DNA of 64,000 nucleotides from an uncultured Candidatus Rokubacteria bacterium (lineage in GTDB: Bacteria; Methylomirabilota; Methylomirabilia; Rokubacteriales; DASRDR01): contig CAWDVE010000010.1 of assembly GCA_963805625.1 (NCBI GenBank), forward strand, positions 1,216,001 through 1,280,000. The letters run 5' to 3'. This document shows positions 11,048-21,518 of the stretch, piece by piece. Under the pieces are notes generated by a model, which saw only the letters and a program-made list of their open reading frames with translations, was not told the origin of the DNA and ran no database searches. The position numbers and the translations under genes are program-made. How positions within the stretch are numbered: the first letter of the stretch is position 1; each line of letters opens with the position of its first letter.

Positions 11048-11662
11048 GTGAGCGAGACGAACATCGTGACCGAATTCCGCTGGATCGAGGCGGGAGCGGG
11101 CATTCCGGTGCTGTGCCTACACGGCCTGTTCGGCGCGAGCGAGCACTGGGAGACGACCGTGGAGACCTTGGCGCCCCGCTGCCGGGCGATGGCGCTGACC
11201 TTGCCCATCTTCGAGACACCCTCGGATGACCTCTCGGTGATGGGTCTCCGAGCCTACGTCGAAGCGTTCATGGATGCCGAGCGTGTGCCCCCCGCCGTCG
11301 TCGTCGGCAGTTCGCTGGCCGGCCACGTCGCGCTCGACCTCGCCCTTCACGCGCCCGAGCGCGTCCGGGGACTCGTGCTCTCGTGGTCGTCGGGTCTGTT
11401 CGAACATGGCTTCGGCCGGATGGAGACCTTCGAGGAGCGGCTCAACGAGATCCACTGCCCGACCCTGCTCGTATGGAGGACCGATGACCGAACAACACCC
11501 CGCAACATCACCATCCGAATGCTCGAGCGTATCCGGTCAGTCACGCTCCGGCTCGTGCCCGAATGTGGTCGCGCACCGACCCTCGAGCGGCCGGACGCGC
11601 TCGCTCGTGCTCTGGATGAGTTCCTTGACTCGCTCGTCCCCGAGGCCGCCGGCGTGTCCTGA
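11048..11662 (+). CDS. Alpha/beta-fold hydrolase-like protein, cap domain missing and catalytic His replaced
   Basis: LCLHGLFG, GSSLAG elbow, PTLLVW, ECGRAP where ECGHAP is expected; GGAGG RBS before GTG. Confidence 0.75.
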   Translation: MSETNIVTEFRWIEAGAGIPVLCLHGLFGASEHWETTVETLAPRCRAMALTLPIFETPSDDLSVMGLRAYVEAFMDAERVPPAVVVGSSLAGHVALDLALHAPERVRGLVLSWSSGLFEHGFGRMETFEERLNEIHCPTLLVWRTDDRTTPRNITIRMLERIRSVTLRLVPECGRAPTLERPDALARALDEFLDSLVPEAAGVS

Positions 11663-11718
11663 GTGTCGTCGACCGGAAACAGCCATGATCTCGACTCGCC
11701 AGACCAGAGCGCAGGTGG

Positions 11719-12306
11719 TCAGGCCGGCTTCAGGGCCTCGGTGAACGCGCGGGCCGCCCGCTCGGGATCCGGAGCGCCGAGGATCGCGCTGCGGACGGCA
11801 ACGCCGTACGCCCCGGCGCTCACCACGGACACGACGCGGTCGGCCGTGAGGCCGCCGATCGCGTAGACGGGGATTGGGGCAGCGAGCCGGGCGAGTCGCC
11901 CGAGCGTAGCGAGGCCCGCCCCCGGATGGCCGGGCTTCGATTCCGTGGAAAACACCGGGCCGACGACAACGTGCGACACCTGCTCGGTCAGCGCTTGGCG
12001 TGCCTCGGCCTCGTCGTGGACGGCACGGCCATAGAATGTCGGCCGGGGTGGAGTCAGTGGTGGCGCTGATGCCGGCAGGTGGAGCCCGACGTCGAGCATC
12101 AGCGCGAGCGCGGGGTGGCCGTTGACGAGGAGCTGCGCCCGCGTCCCGCGGAGCCGCTCGAGGATCCGCCGGAGAAGAGCTTCGACCTCAGCTTCCGGCA
12201 GGTCCCGCTCCCGCACCTGCACGAGCCCGACACCTCCCGCGACCGCCGCCGCCACGACGTCCACGAGATCGCGCCCGCGTGTCTCGAGGCGGTCGGTCAC
12301 GAGCAT
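11719..12306 (-). CDS. ThiE-like paralog, probably thiazole tautomerase TenI
   Basis: LMLVTDR, VQVRERDL, GLHLP, GPVFSTESKPG, PVYAIGG, GVAVRSAIL; second ThiE-family gene in the thi operon; start uncertain. Confidence 0.75.
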   Translation of the reverse strand: MLVTDRLETRGRDLVDVVAAAVAGGVGLVQVRERDLPEAEVEALLRRILERLRGTRAQLLVNGHPALALMLDVGLHLPASAPPLTPPRPTFYGRAVHDEAEARQALTEQVSHVVVGPVFSTESKPGHPGAGLATLGRLARLAAPIPVYAIGGLTADRVVSVVSAGAYGVAVRSAILGAPDPERAARAFTEALKPA

Positions 12307-12350
12307 GAGGCGTGAGAGCGCACCCGAGGGCTGCGCCCCGCCGGGGCTGG

Positions 12351-13385
<1,035 letters not shown>

Positions 13386-13389
<4 letters not shown>

Positions 13390-14606
13390 GCGCGGGGCGC
13401 CTCCGCCCCGGCGGCGGCCGCCGCTTCCAGGCGCTCGAGGCTGAACGGGGCGAGCGCCGCCGGGGCCGCGCCGCTCACGATCCACTCCGCCAGGTGGTGC
13501 GCGGTGGCAGGGGCGAGGAGGACGCCGTTGCGGAAGTGCCCGGTGGCGACGTAGAGCCCCCGCGTGGCGGTCCGGCCGATCACGGGCAGGTGGTCGCGCA
13601 CCGCGGGCCGGAAGCCCACCGACAGCTCGGTCACGGCGAGATCGTAGACACCCGGGACGAGCCGCCACGCCTCCCGCAGAAGGTCGAGAACAGCCCCGGC
13701 TGTCGGGAGCGCGTCGAGCCCTTGCTCCTCCATCGTCGCCCCGACGAGCATCTCCCCTCCCCGCCGCGGAACCAGGTACACGTCGGGCGAGCGAACGACG
13801 TGGCGGACCAGCTCCGGCCCGGCGAGGCGCACGATCTGGCCCTTGACCGGCCGCAGCCCGAGCTCGGGCACCGGCCCGAGGACGTCCTCGCTCCAGACCC
13901 CGCCGGCCAGGACGACGGCCTCGGCCCGCACGCGGAAGGCGATCTCCCCGGCCACCCCGGAGACGGCCTCGACCTGCCCCGCGGCGTGCTCGATCCGGGT
14001 CGCCCGGCAGCCGACAGCTACCCGACCCCCGAGTGCCGTGAGCGCCGCTCCGAGGGCCCGCACGAGGGCGCGCGGATCGACCTGGTGGTCCCCCTCGGCG
14101 AGGAGTGCCGCGACGATCCGGCCGGACAGATGCGGCTCCCTCGCCTGCGCCTCCTCCACCGTCAGCCGTCGCGCCGCAAGCCCCTTGGCGCGCTGCATGG
14201 AGAACAGCCGCTCGAGGTCGGCGGCCTGGTCTCGATTGAGCGCGACCCACAGCGTCCCCTCGGTCCGGTAGCCGCACGACTGGCCGGTCAGGCCCTCGAT
14301 CCCGGCAACGAATCCGGGATAGCGCCCGAGGCTGTCGAGCTCGAGCGCGACGAGGGCCCGGTCCGTGAGGTCGGCCTCGGAGGTCGGCGCGAGCATGCCT
14401 GCCGCCGCACGCGTCGCGACGCCCGGGGCGTCGTCCCGATCCAGGACGAGCACCTCGCGGCCACGCCGCGCCAGCTCGTACGCCACCGAGAGGCCGACGA
14501 CGCCTCCGCCGATGACGACCGCCTCGCTCCGAGAGGGCAGCTCGCTCACTGGCGACCGTGGCTCCGCCGGAGTTGATCGGACGGCCTTCGGCCTGTGGCC
14601 GCTCAC
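13386..14606 (-). CDS. thiO: Glycine oxidase ThiO
   Basis: VIGGGVVG, TRAAAGMLAP, RPVKGQ, YLVPR, GHFRNGVLLAP; start at GTG 14606 (GTGA overlap) or 14549. Confidence 0.92.
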
Positions 14607-15253
14607 GCCGCCCGCGTCCCCAGCCACGCGTCGATCGCCTCGCGGAACTCGCGCGCCGCCGCCGCCGGGTCGGCCTGGCACACGACGGCCGAGATCACCG
14701 CCACGCCGTGTGCCCCGGCCTCGAGCAGGGCGCGCACGCGATCTGCCGTGACGCTGCCGATCGCGATCACGGGCTTCTCCACCGCCCGGACGATGGCCCG
14801 GAAGCCGTCGAGCCCGAGGGGCGGCGCGGGGTTCGCCTTGGACCGGGTCCCGAAGACCGGGCCGACGCCAAGGTAGTCGACGTCGGTGGCCGCGACCCGC
14901 AGCGCCTCCTCGAGGCTGTTCGCCGTGCCGCCGATCAGGGTGTGCGGCCCCAGGACGCGACGGGCCGTCCCCACGTCCAGGTCGTCCCGGCCGAGGTGAA
15001 CCGCACGGACGCCGGCCGCCATCGCCACGTCGACGCGATCGTCCACGACCAGGCAGACGCCGGCCCCGTCGAGAGCGCGCCGCATGGCGCCGGCGATCTC
15101 GATCAGCGCCCGGGTCGTCGACGGCCGCTTCTCGCGGAACTGGACCGCGTCCGCCCCGCCGGCGGCCGCAAGGCGAGCCAGCTCGATGTGGGAGAAGCGG
15201 TCCTGAAGGGCCGTGTCGGTGATGACGTGAAAACGGCCGACCGGCGCCTTCAC
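14603..15253 (-). CDS. thiE: Thiamine phosphate synthase
   Basis: VQFREK, DDRVDVA, VHLGRDD, DYLGVGPVFGTRSK, PVIAIG, GVAVISA. Confidence 0.92.
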   Translation of the reverse strand: MKAPVGRFHVITDTALQDRFSHIELARLAAAGGADAVQFREKRPSTTRALIEIAGAMRRALDGAGVCLVVDDRVDVAMAAGVRAVHLGRDDLDVGTARRVLGPHTLIGGTANSLEEALRVAATDVDYLGVGPVFGTRSKANPAPPLGLDGFRAIVRAVEKPVIAIGSVTADRVRALLEAGAHGVAVISAVVCQADPAAAAREFREAIDAWLGTRAA

Positions 15254-16095
15254 CGGGGACCCCCGGGACCCGCCAGCCGCGCAACCCAGGGCTCGCACTC
15301 GCCCGGGCACCGCAGGTAGAAGAAGTGGTCGGTCGGGCCGATCCCCTGCCCGATCGGCAGTCCCGCACGGATCGCCTCGGTGACGTACGCCTTCGCCCGG
15401 CCGATCGCGTCCTCGAGGGCGCGTCCGTGGGCGAGCTGGGTCGCGATCGCCGCCGAGTAGGTGCAGCCGGTGCCGTGGGTGTGGCGCGCCTCGACGCGCT
15501 CGCCCGGGAAGACCCGCACGCCCTCGCGCGTGACGAGGACGTCCGTCGCCGGTCGTTCCTCGAGATGTCCGCCCTTGACGAGCACCGCCCGGGCGCCCGC
15601 CTCGACCAGCAGGCGCCCCGCGGCCTCCGCCTGGGCCAGCGTGCGTACCTCTCGCCCCGTGAGCGCCTGCGCCTCGTGCACGTTCGGCGTGACGAGCGTC
15701 GCCAGCGGGAGGAGCAGCTCGCCGAGCGCCGAGACCGCGTCGGAATGGAGAAGGGGGAAACCCGTCTTCGAGATCATCACCGGATCGAGGACGTAGTGCG
15801 GCGGCCGATGATCTCGCAGCGCCTTGGCGACCGTCTGGATCACCCGGGCGGAGGCCAGCATGCCCGTCTTGACCGCGCCGACCTGGAGGTCGCCGAAGAC
15901 CGCGTCCACCTGGGCCCGGATCAGGTCGAGGTCGACCTCGGCCGCGGCGGTCACACCCCGGGTGTTCTGGGCGGTGATCGCGGTGATCGCGGACGCGCCG
16001 TAGCCGCCGTTCGCGGAGATGGCCTTCAGGTCGGCCTGGATGCCCGCGCCCGCCGAGGAGTCAGAGCCCGCAATGGTCAGGACAACCGGGATCAT
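15250..16095 (-). CDS. thiD: HMP/HMP-P kinase
   Basis: LTIAGSDSSAGAGIQADLK, TAQNT, DPVM, TPNVHEA, KGGH, HTHGTGCT. Confidence 0.96.
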   Translation of the reverse strand: MIPVVLTIAGSDSSAGAGIQADLKAISANGGYGASAITAITAQNTRGVTAAAEVDLDLIRAQVDAVFGDLQVGAVKTGMLASARVIQTVAKALRDHRPPHYVLDPVMISKTGFPLLHSDAVSALGELLLPLATLVTPNVHEAQALTGREVRTLAQAEAAGRLLVEAGARAVLVKGGHLEERPATDVLVTREGVRVFPGERVEARHTHGTGCTYSAAIATQLAHGRALEDAIGRAKAYVTEAIRAGLPIGQGIGPTDHFFYLRCPGECEPWVARLAGPGGPR

Positions 16096-16098
16096 GTG

Positions 16099-16183
16099 CG
16101 CTCCCTACGCCGGCATTACCCGGGTCAGGTTCAACGGGTATGTTCTCAGGCTCGGCCGCACGGACCGAACCACCCCGGTGAGA
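16099..16183 (-). ncRNA. TPP (THI-box) riboswitch
   Basis: Minus strand CCGGGGTG...GCCTGAGAACATACCCGTTGAACCTGACCCGGGTAATGCCGGCGTAGGGAG matches the THI-box consensus; directly upstream of thiD. Confidence 0.95.
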
Positions 16184-16190
16184 CAATTCG

Positions 16191-16218
16191 ATGATAGCGC
16201 AGGATCGGGTGTTTGCAA
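16191..16218 (-). promoter_or_regulatory. Sigma70-type promoter of the thi operon
   Basis: TTGCAA-16 nt-TATCAT just 5' of the riboswitch. Confidence 0.6.
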
Positions 16219-16244
16219 GGATGCGGCCGAGGAAGCTCCCGCCT

Positions 16245-16298
16245 GTCGCCGAAGTGTGACGGCCGGGTCATTTCCCCGCAACACCCGAGCCGTAGCCT
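16245..16298 (+). promoter_or_regulatory. Putative Pho-box array and -10 upstream of the phoX remnant
   Basis: GTCGC (16245), GTGAC (16256), GTCAT (16267), GCAAC (16278), then 10 nt and TAGCCT (16293). Confidence 0.7.
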
Positions 16299-16333
16299 CC
16301 AGGCCGATCGAATACATTCGACAGGAGGCAGGC

Positions 16334-16520
16334 ATGAGTCAACCGGACGACACCTTCTCGAACCCCACGTCGGGCCCCTCGCTGGAGGACGTTCTCGCGA
16401 TCCGCTACTCGCGTCGCCAGGTGCTGACGGGTGGCCTCGTGGCGGCGGGAGCGGTGCTCCTGGGCGGAGGGGGCGGCCCCCGGACGGCCCGGGCGGCGAG
16501 TGACCTCCTCGGCTTCCGGG
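16334..16520 (+). pseudogene. 5' fragment of a PhoX-type Tat-exported phosphatase
   Basis: MSQPDDTFSNPTSGPSLEDVLAIRYSRRQVLTGG...AASDLLGFRG is a PhoX-like leader with a Tat motif; homology stops abruptly at ~16520. Confidence 0.65.
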
Positions 16521-17343
16521 GACGACCACGAGGTGACGAACAACTGGTTCCACGAGCGCGTGCTCGAGGACGACCGCTACACGGTGAAGAGCGCGGGGCT
16601 CCTCTCAGCCAGGGCGAAACGAGCCATGTTCGACTTCACGCCGCTCGTGGGCAGCAGGGCCGAGAGCGACCGCGTGTATCGGCGGATCCGGCGCGGGCCG
16701 AACCTCGACCTCTTCATGCTCGACATGCGGAGCTACCGCGGCCCGAACACCGAGAATCGGGAAACCGTGCTGACCGACGGCGCGCGCATCCTCGGGCGGG
16801 AGCAGGCCGTCTGGCTCAAGCGCGAGCTCCTCGCCTCCCGGGCGACGTGGAAGGTGATCGCCGCCGACATGCCGCTCGGTCTGGTCGTCTACCACGACGC
16901 GGGCAAGAAGTGGGGATCGGAGGCCGTCGCCCAGGGCGAACGGCCCGGCGCTCGGCCGGGAGCTCGAGATCGCCGATCTGCTCCGCTTCGTCAAGCACAA
17001 TGAGATCCGTAACGTCGTGTGGATCACTGCCGACGTCCACTACTGCGCCACGCACCTCTACGAGCCCGGCCGCGCGCAGTTCACGGACTTCGAGCCGTTC
17101 TACGAGTTCGTCTCGGGCCCGCTCCACGCCGGCGGCTTCGGCCCGAACGAGCTCGACGACACCTTCGGTCCCCGCGTGGTCTTCACGAAGAACCCCGCGG
17201 GCCTCGTCAATGCCGCTCCGACCGAAGGGGGGCTCTACTTCGGTCATGTCCGGATCGACGGCAAGAGCGGGGTCATGACGGTCAGCCACCGGGATCTGGC
17301 GGGCACGGTCCTCCACTCGATCGACCTGTCTCCCATAGGCTAG
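16521..17343 (+). pseudogene. phoD: 3' fragment of PhoD alkaline phosphatase, with a frameshift near 16938
   Basis: DDHEVTNNW, FMLDMRSYRGPN, WLKRELLASRATWKVIAADMP, then a shifted frame GRELEIADLL...WITADVHY...EFVSGPLHAG. Confidence 0.85.
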
Positions 17344-17415
17344 CGCCCCGCCCGTGAAGGCCAGGCTCCCACGCGCTCGAGGCCGGGGCGCGTGGGGGCA
17401 TCCCGCTCCGGACGT

Positions 17416-17844
17416 CTAGCCCCGAATCGAGAGCGCTCCTTCGCGGCTGGCGGGGCTGAGCGCCCGCACGAGGCACTCGGCACCCGCCAGGTTCGTCGCG
17501 AGCGCCACGTTGTGCACGTCCGCAACGCGCAGGAGCGCCGCGATGTCGGGTTCGTGTGGGTGCGCCGTCAGAGGATCGCGGAGGAAGATCAGGGCGTCGA
17601 TCTCTCCGGCCGCCATCTCGGCGCCGATCTGGACGTCACCTCCGCGGGGACCTGCAAGCACCGTCCGCACACGTAGGCCGGTCGCGTCGCGGATCGCCTC
17701 ACCGGTCGAGGCCGTGGCCAAGAGCTCCCAGTCCTTGAAGTGGGCTCGGTGCCGCTGGACGAAGGCGACCAGCGCGGTCTTCTTGGCGTCGTGGGCCACC
17801 AGAGCAACCCGCCATCGGCGCGGGCTCCAGTCATCGCTCAGCAT
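17416..17844 (-). CDS. mgsA: Methylglyoxal synthase
   Basis: VALVAHDAKK, ATASTG, GPRGGDVQIGA, DPLTAHPHEPDIAALLRVADVHNVALATN; GAGGAG before ATG 17844. Confidence 0.95.
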   Translation of the reverse strand: MLSDDWSPRRWRVALVAHDAKKTALVAFVQRHRAHFKDWELLATASTGEAIRDATGLRVRTVLAGPRGGDVQIGAEMAAGEIDALIFLRDPLTAHPHEPDIAALLRVADVHNVALATNLAGAECLVRALSPASREGALSIRG

Positions 17845-17892
17845 CGTTCTCGTCTCCTCTTGCATGGGTTCTCTCGCTCTCATTCGTGGAGG

Positions 17893-17935
17893 AGTCTAGG
17901 ACCGGGCCGTGACGCCGGCATTACGCCCGGGTGAA
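17893..17935 (-). promoter_or_regulatory. Putative Pho-box array and -10 upstream of mgsA
   Basis: Minus-strand TTCAC-N6-GTAAT-N6-GTCAC (plus coordinates 17931, 17920, 17909), then 10 nt and TAGACT. Confidence 0.65.
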
Positions 17936-17992
17936 CTCCGGGAGACGGTCGGGGAGCCTCGGTCCGTGGTAGGGTCTCGCGGGGACGGCGCG

Positions 17993-18997
17993 ATGAACAC
18001 GGGAACCAGCCCCTCGATCAGCGTGGTCATGCCCGTGCACAACGGGGGCGCCCACCTCGACGCGGCCATCGGCAGCGTCGTCGGCCAGACGTGGCGAGAC
18101 TTCGAGTTCGTCATTCTCGACGACGCCTCGACCGACGACACCCCGGCCATCCTCGAACGCTGGGTGGCACGAGATCCGCGCATCCGCCTCGCGCGGAGCC
18201 CAGCCCGGGAGGGATGGGGCGGAAGCTCGGACCGGGTTGCGCGGCTGGCGACCGCCCCCGTGTGCGCGCGGATGGACGCGGACGATGTGGCGCACCCGGA
18301 GCGGCTGGCCCGCGAGTGGGCGGTCCTGCGTGATCACCCCGACGTCGTCCTGGTGGGAACGCTCTCGGAAGGCATCGATCGGGAGGGTCGCCGGGTTCGC
18401 CCCCGCGACCGGTGGGTGCTGCTGCGGCGTACCAGCCTTCCGCCCTTTCCCCACGGCACGATCATGTTCCGGCGCGCCGCGTTCCTGGAGATCGGAGGAT
18501 ATCGTCGGGACATCGAGGTCGGCGAGGACCTGGATCTCTGCCAGCGGATGTCACACCGAGGCCGGGTGGTCGTCCTCGTGGACGCGCTCTACCAGTACCG
18601 CTTCCACGCCGGATCCGCGACGCGTGAGTTCGTGGAGAACGGGACTGGACGCGTTCTCGACCAGATCGCCACTGCCCTGGACCGGTCACGAGGGGCGCCC
18701 GAAGGTCGCCCCGGTCACCCGGCCGGGCGCTCCGGCCGGGCGCGCGCGCGGGCCCTGTACTACGCCACCGCGTGCACCGTCTGGGCCGGCGACAGCCCCG
18801 GCGTGGCGCCGCTCCGCTCGCTCGCCCGGACGGGCTTCCTCACGCCCGGTGCGCTCAAGATCGGCCTCTTGGCCGGCAGCGCGCTCGGGAGCCCGGCCGC
18901 CGTCCGCGCGGCGATGGGATTCACCATCCGGGTGCGCGACCACCTCGCCGGCTGGCTGCTCGGGCCGCGTGCGATGGTCGACTGGCGGCCGCGATGA
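17993..18997 (+). CDS. Glycosyltransferase family 2
   Basis: ISVVMPVHNG, FVILDDASTD, RMDADD, EDLDL. Confidence 0.9.
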   Translation: MNTGTSPSISVVMPVHNGGAHLDAAIGSVVGQTWRDFEFVILDDASTDDTPAILERWVARDPRIRLARSPAREGWGGSSDRVARLATAPVCARMDADDVAHPERLAREWAVLRDHPDVVLVGTLSEGIDREGRRVRPRDRWVLLRRTSLPPFPHGTIMFRRAAFLEIGGYRRDIEVGEDLDLCQRMSHRGRVVVLVDALYQYRFHAGSATREFVENGTGRVLDQIATALDRSRGAPEGRPGHPAGRSGRARARALYYATACTVWAGDSPGVAPLRSLARTGFLTPGALKIGLLAGSALGSPAAVRAAMGFTIRVRDHLAGWLLGPRAMVDWRPR

Positions 18998-19024
18998 GGC
19001 TCGGGCGCGCCGAGCCTGCGCCAC

Positions 19025-19588
19025 TCAGCCCGAGGCGGCCCGACGGAAGCGGAACGCGTTCTCCAGCAGCGCTAGGTCCATGTGGAACCGGTCGGGACCG
19101 ACCGCCTCGACCTTTGCCACGATCGTCGTCATCTCGCCGGCGGCGAAGGCCTCGGCCACCCCCTCCATGAACTGGAAGAGCGTGTGGGCCTCCAGTACGC
19201 GCGGGCAGCCGGCGGCGCGCGCGACGGCGGCGAGGTCGGTCCGCCCCGACGCCGTGTGGGACACAAACCCCCCCGTGGAGAGCAGGCTCTCGTTGTCGAA
19301 GACGATGTGCGTCAGGTTCGCCGGCCGGTAACGGCCCAAGGTGGCCAGCCCGCCGAGGTTCATCAGCACCGAGCCGTCGCCGTCGAGGACGACCACGCCC
19401 GCCTCCGGCCGGTTCAGGGCCAGCCCGAGCCCGATGGAGGACGCGAGCCCCATCGCGTGCTGGAGATAGAAGAACGTCTCGCGATGCCCGAGGTCGTAGA
19501 GCTCCTGGGCCGTCGACCCCATGATCGTCACCACGAGCCGGTCGCCAAGCTCGGGATAGAGGGCGCCGAGACAGTCGGCCCGCTTCAT
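19025..19588 (-). CDS. TPP-dependent decarboxylase beta subunit (sulfopyruvate/phosphonopyruvate decarboxylase family, ComE-like)
   Basis: AMGLASSIGLGLAL, DGDGSVLMN...DN TPP-binding motif, STGG. Confidence 0.85.
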   Translation of the reverse strand: MKRADCLGALYPELGDRLVVTIMGSTAQELYDLGHRETFFYLQHAMGLASSIGLGLALNRPEAGVVVLDGDGSVLMNLGGLATLGRYRPANLTHIVFDNESLLSTGGFVSHTASGRTDLAAVARAAGCPRVLEAHTLFQFMEGVAEAFAAGEMTTIVAKVEAVGPDRFHMDLALLENAFRFRRAASG

Positions 19589-19625
19589 CCGGGCGCCCGC
19601 CACCGAGGAGGCACGCGCACCGCTG

Positions 19626-20135
19626 TCAGTCCTCCATGAGCTCGCGCGACAGGAGCAGGGCGACCGGCCCGAGCGATGACCAGGCGAGCGCCTGGGCGTC
19701 GTGGATCTGCTGGCCGACGCGCCCGGGCTCGCGCGCGTGCTCGAACGGCAGCCCGAGCGCCCGCAGGACGGGCTCGGTCACGATGCCGCCCTGCGTGTGC
19801 CACGGGTACGGCTCGCCGAAGTGCCCGCGGTGCGCGATCAGCATGACGAGCGGGATATGGTAGAGCATCGCCAGCGACACGATCCCGTTGATGCTGGCGA
19901 GGAAGCCGTGGTTCTGCATGAGGAGCGCGTTCCTGGCGCCGGCGAAGTAGGCGCCGGCGGCGATACCGATCGCCTCTTCCTCCTTGGCGACCTCGACCAG
20001 CGTCATCTCCGGATCGTCCTCGGTCAGCTGGAGGAGGTAGACCAGCCAGGTCTCGGGGAGCGCCGTGAGAAAGCGGATGCCGGCGGACTGGATCCCCCGG
20101 TAGATCGCCTTCGAGTTGTCCCGGGAGACCGTCAT
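19626..20135 (-). CDS. TPP-dependent decarboxylase alpha subunit (ComD-like)
   Basis: LPETWL, KEEEAIGIAAGA, LMQNHG, PLVMLIAHRG; ATGA overlap with the upstream oxidoreductase. Confidence 0.85.
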   Translation of the reverse strand: MTVSRDNSKAIYRGIQSAGIRFLTALPETWLVYLLQLTEDDPEMTLVEVAKEEEAIGIAAGAYFAGARNALLMQNHGFLASINGIVSLAMLYHIPLVMLIAHRGHFGEPYPWHTQGGIVTEPVLRALGLPFEHAREPGRVGQQIHDAQALAWSSLGPVALLLSRELMED

Positions 20136-21340
20136 GAGGTCGTGGTCGCCGCGCGGAGCTTCGGGTGCGGCGGGTCGGTCGCCGACGCCGACGGCAGGAG
20201 ATCCCCATCCCGGAACCGCGACCACCGGAAGGGCGCGAGATCCCACCCGGCGGCGTGGCCCTCCACGACCGACTCGGCCATGATGGCCCCGATGGCCGGC
20301 GAGTGCTTGAAGCCGTGGCCGCTCCATCCGAAGTCGGCGTGGAGGCCCTGGTACTCCGGGATCGGACCGAGCACGGGCTCGTGATCCGGCGTGACGTCGT
20401 AGACTCCCGAGTACCCGCCCATCGACAGCCCGTGCTCCATGATGGGAAAGCGATGGGCGATCAGCTCGGCATTCCGAATGACTTCCTGAGGGTCGGCGCC
20501 CTCGTTGTACTGGTCGGGATCGACCACCTCCTGGTAGGTGGAGAGGCCGACGATCGTCAGGTTCCCGGTCTCGGGCCGCATGTACGTGCCACTCGGCCGG
20601 TCGATCATGCCGGGGTGCCCGTCGAAGCCGGGCGGACGCCGGAAGAAGCACATCTGGTGGCGCTTCGGAGCGACCGGCACCGTGATCCCGAGCGGCGCGA
20701 GAAGCGCTGGCGCCCAGAGTCCCGCGCAGACGACCACGGCCGGCGCGTGGATCTCGCCCGCCGCCGTGCGAACGCCGGCCACGCGGCCGCCCGCCACGAG
20801 GATGGCCTCGACGGGCACGTGCTGGACGATGGTGGCCCCGAGCTCGCGGGCACTCGCGGCGAGCGCGTTGGTCGTCGCGGCAGCGTCGGCGTACCCGGAT
20901 TCCGGCTCATGGGCGGCCACCGCCAGGTCGTCCACGGTCATCGCGGGCACCAGCGCTTTCACCTCGCCAGGGGTCAGCAGGTCGACCCGCACGCCGAGAG
21001 CGCGCGCCCGCCGGACGTTCTCGCTGAGGTTGGCCGCCCGGTCGGCCCCGGCGAGCCAGAGAATACCAACCTGACGGAAGCCCGGGTCTCCGCCGCCAAT
21101 CTCATCCGACCACCGCTGGAAGCGGTGCGCCGAGGCGTTGCCGGTGCGTGTGAGGAAATCCATGGCGTAGAAGCGGCGGACCAGCGCCGAGGACCGGCCC
21201 GTGGGGCCGGACGCGAGGAACTTGCGCTCCACGAGCACCACCCGCCCGGCTCGCCGGTGGGCGAGATGGTAGGCGACGCTGGCTCCATGGACTCCGCCTC
21301 CGACGACGACGATATCGGCCGTGCGCGGCACGTCTGCCAT
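20132..21340 (-). CDS. FAD-dependent amine oxidoreductase (DAO / sarcosine oxidase beta-like)
   Basis: VVVGGGVHG, SGPTGRSSA, YDVTPD, GWSGHGFKHSP. Confidence 0.88.
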   Translation of the reverse strand: MADVPRTADIVVVGGGVHGASVAYHLAHRRAGRVVLVERKFLASGPTGRSSALVRRFYAMDFLTRTGNASAHRFQRWSDEIGGGDPGFRQVGILWLAGADRAANLSENVRRARALGVRVDLLTPGEVKALVPAMTVDDLAVAAHEPESGYADAAATTNALAASARELGATIVQHVPVEAILVAGGRVAGVRTAAGEIHAPAVVVCAGLWAPALLAPLGITVPVAPKRHQMCFFRRPPGFDGHPGMIDRPSGTYMRPETGNLTIVGLSTYQEVVDPDQYNEGADPQEVIRNAELIAHRFPIMEHGLSMGGYSGVYDVTPDHEPVLGPIPEYQGLHADFGWSGHGFKHSPAIGAIMAESVVEGHAAGWDLAPFRWSRFRDGDLLPSASATDPPHPKLRAATTTS

Positions 21341-21518
21341 GCGGATCTGGCTCCTTTCGGTAGTGGCTCAGGATCGATCGCTCCCGGAATCCGCGAGCCA
21401 GTAGGATAGCAGACGATCTTGGGTGGGAGCCGGTCGACCGGACACGTGCCCGCCGTCGGGATCTCGGCCCGGGAAACGGGAGCCGGGACGCTGCCCGGCT
21501 CCGAGAGGAGACTCGTGC

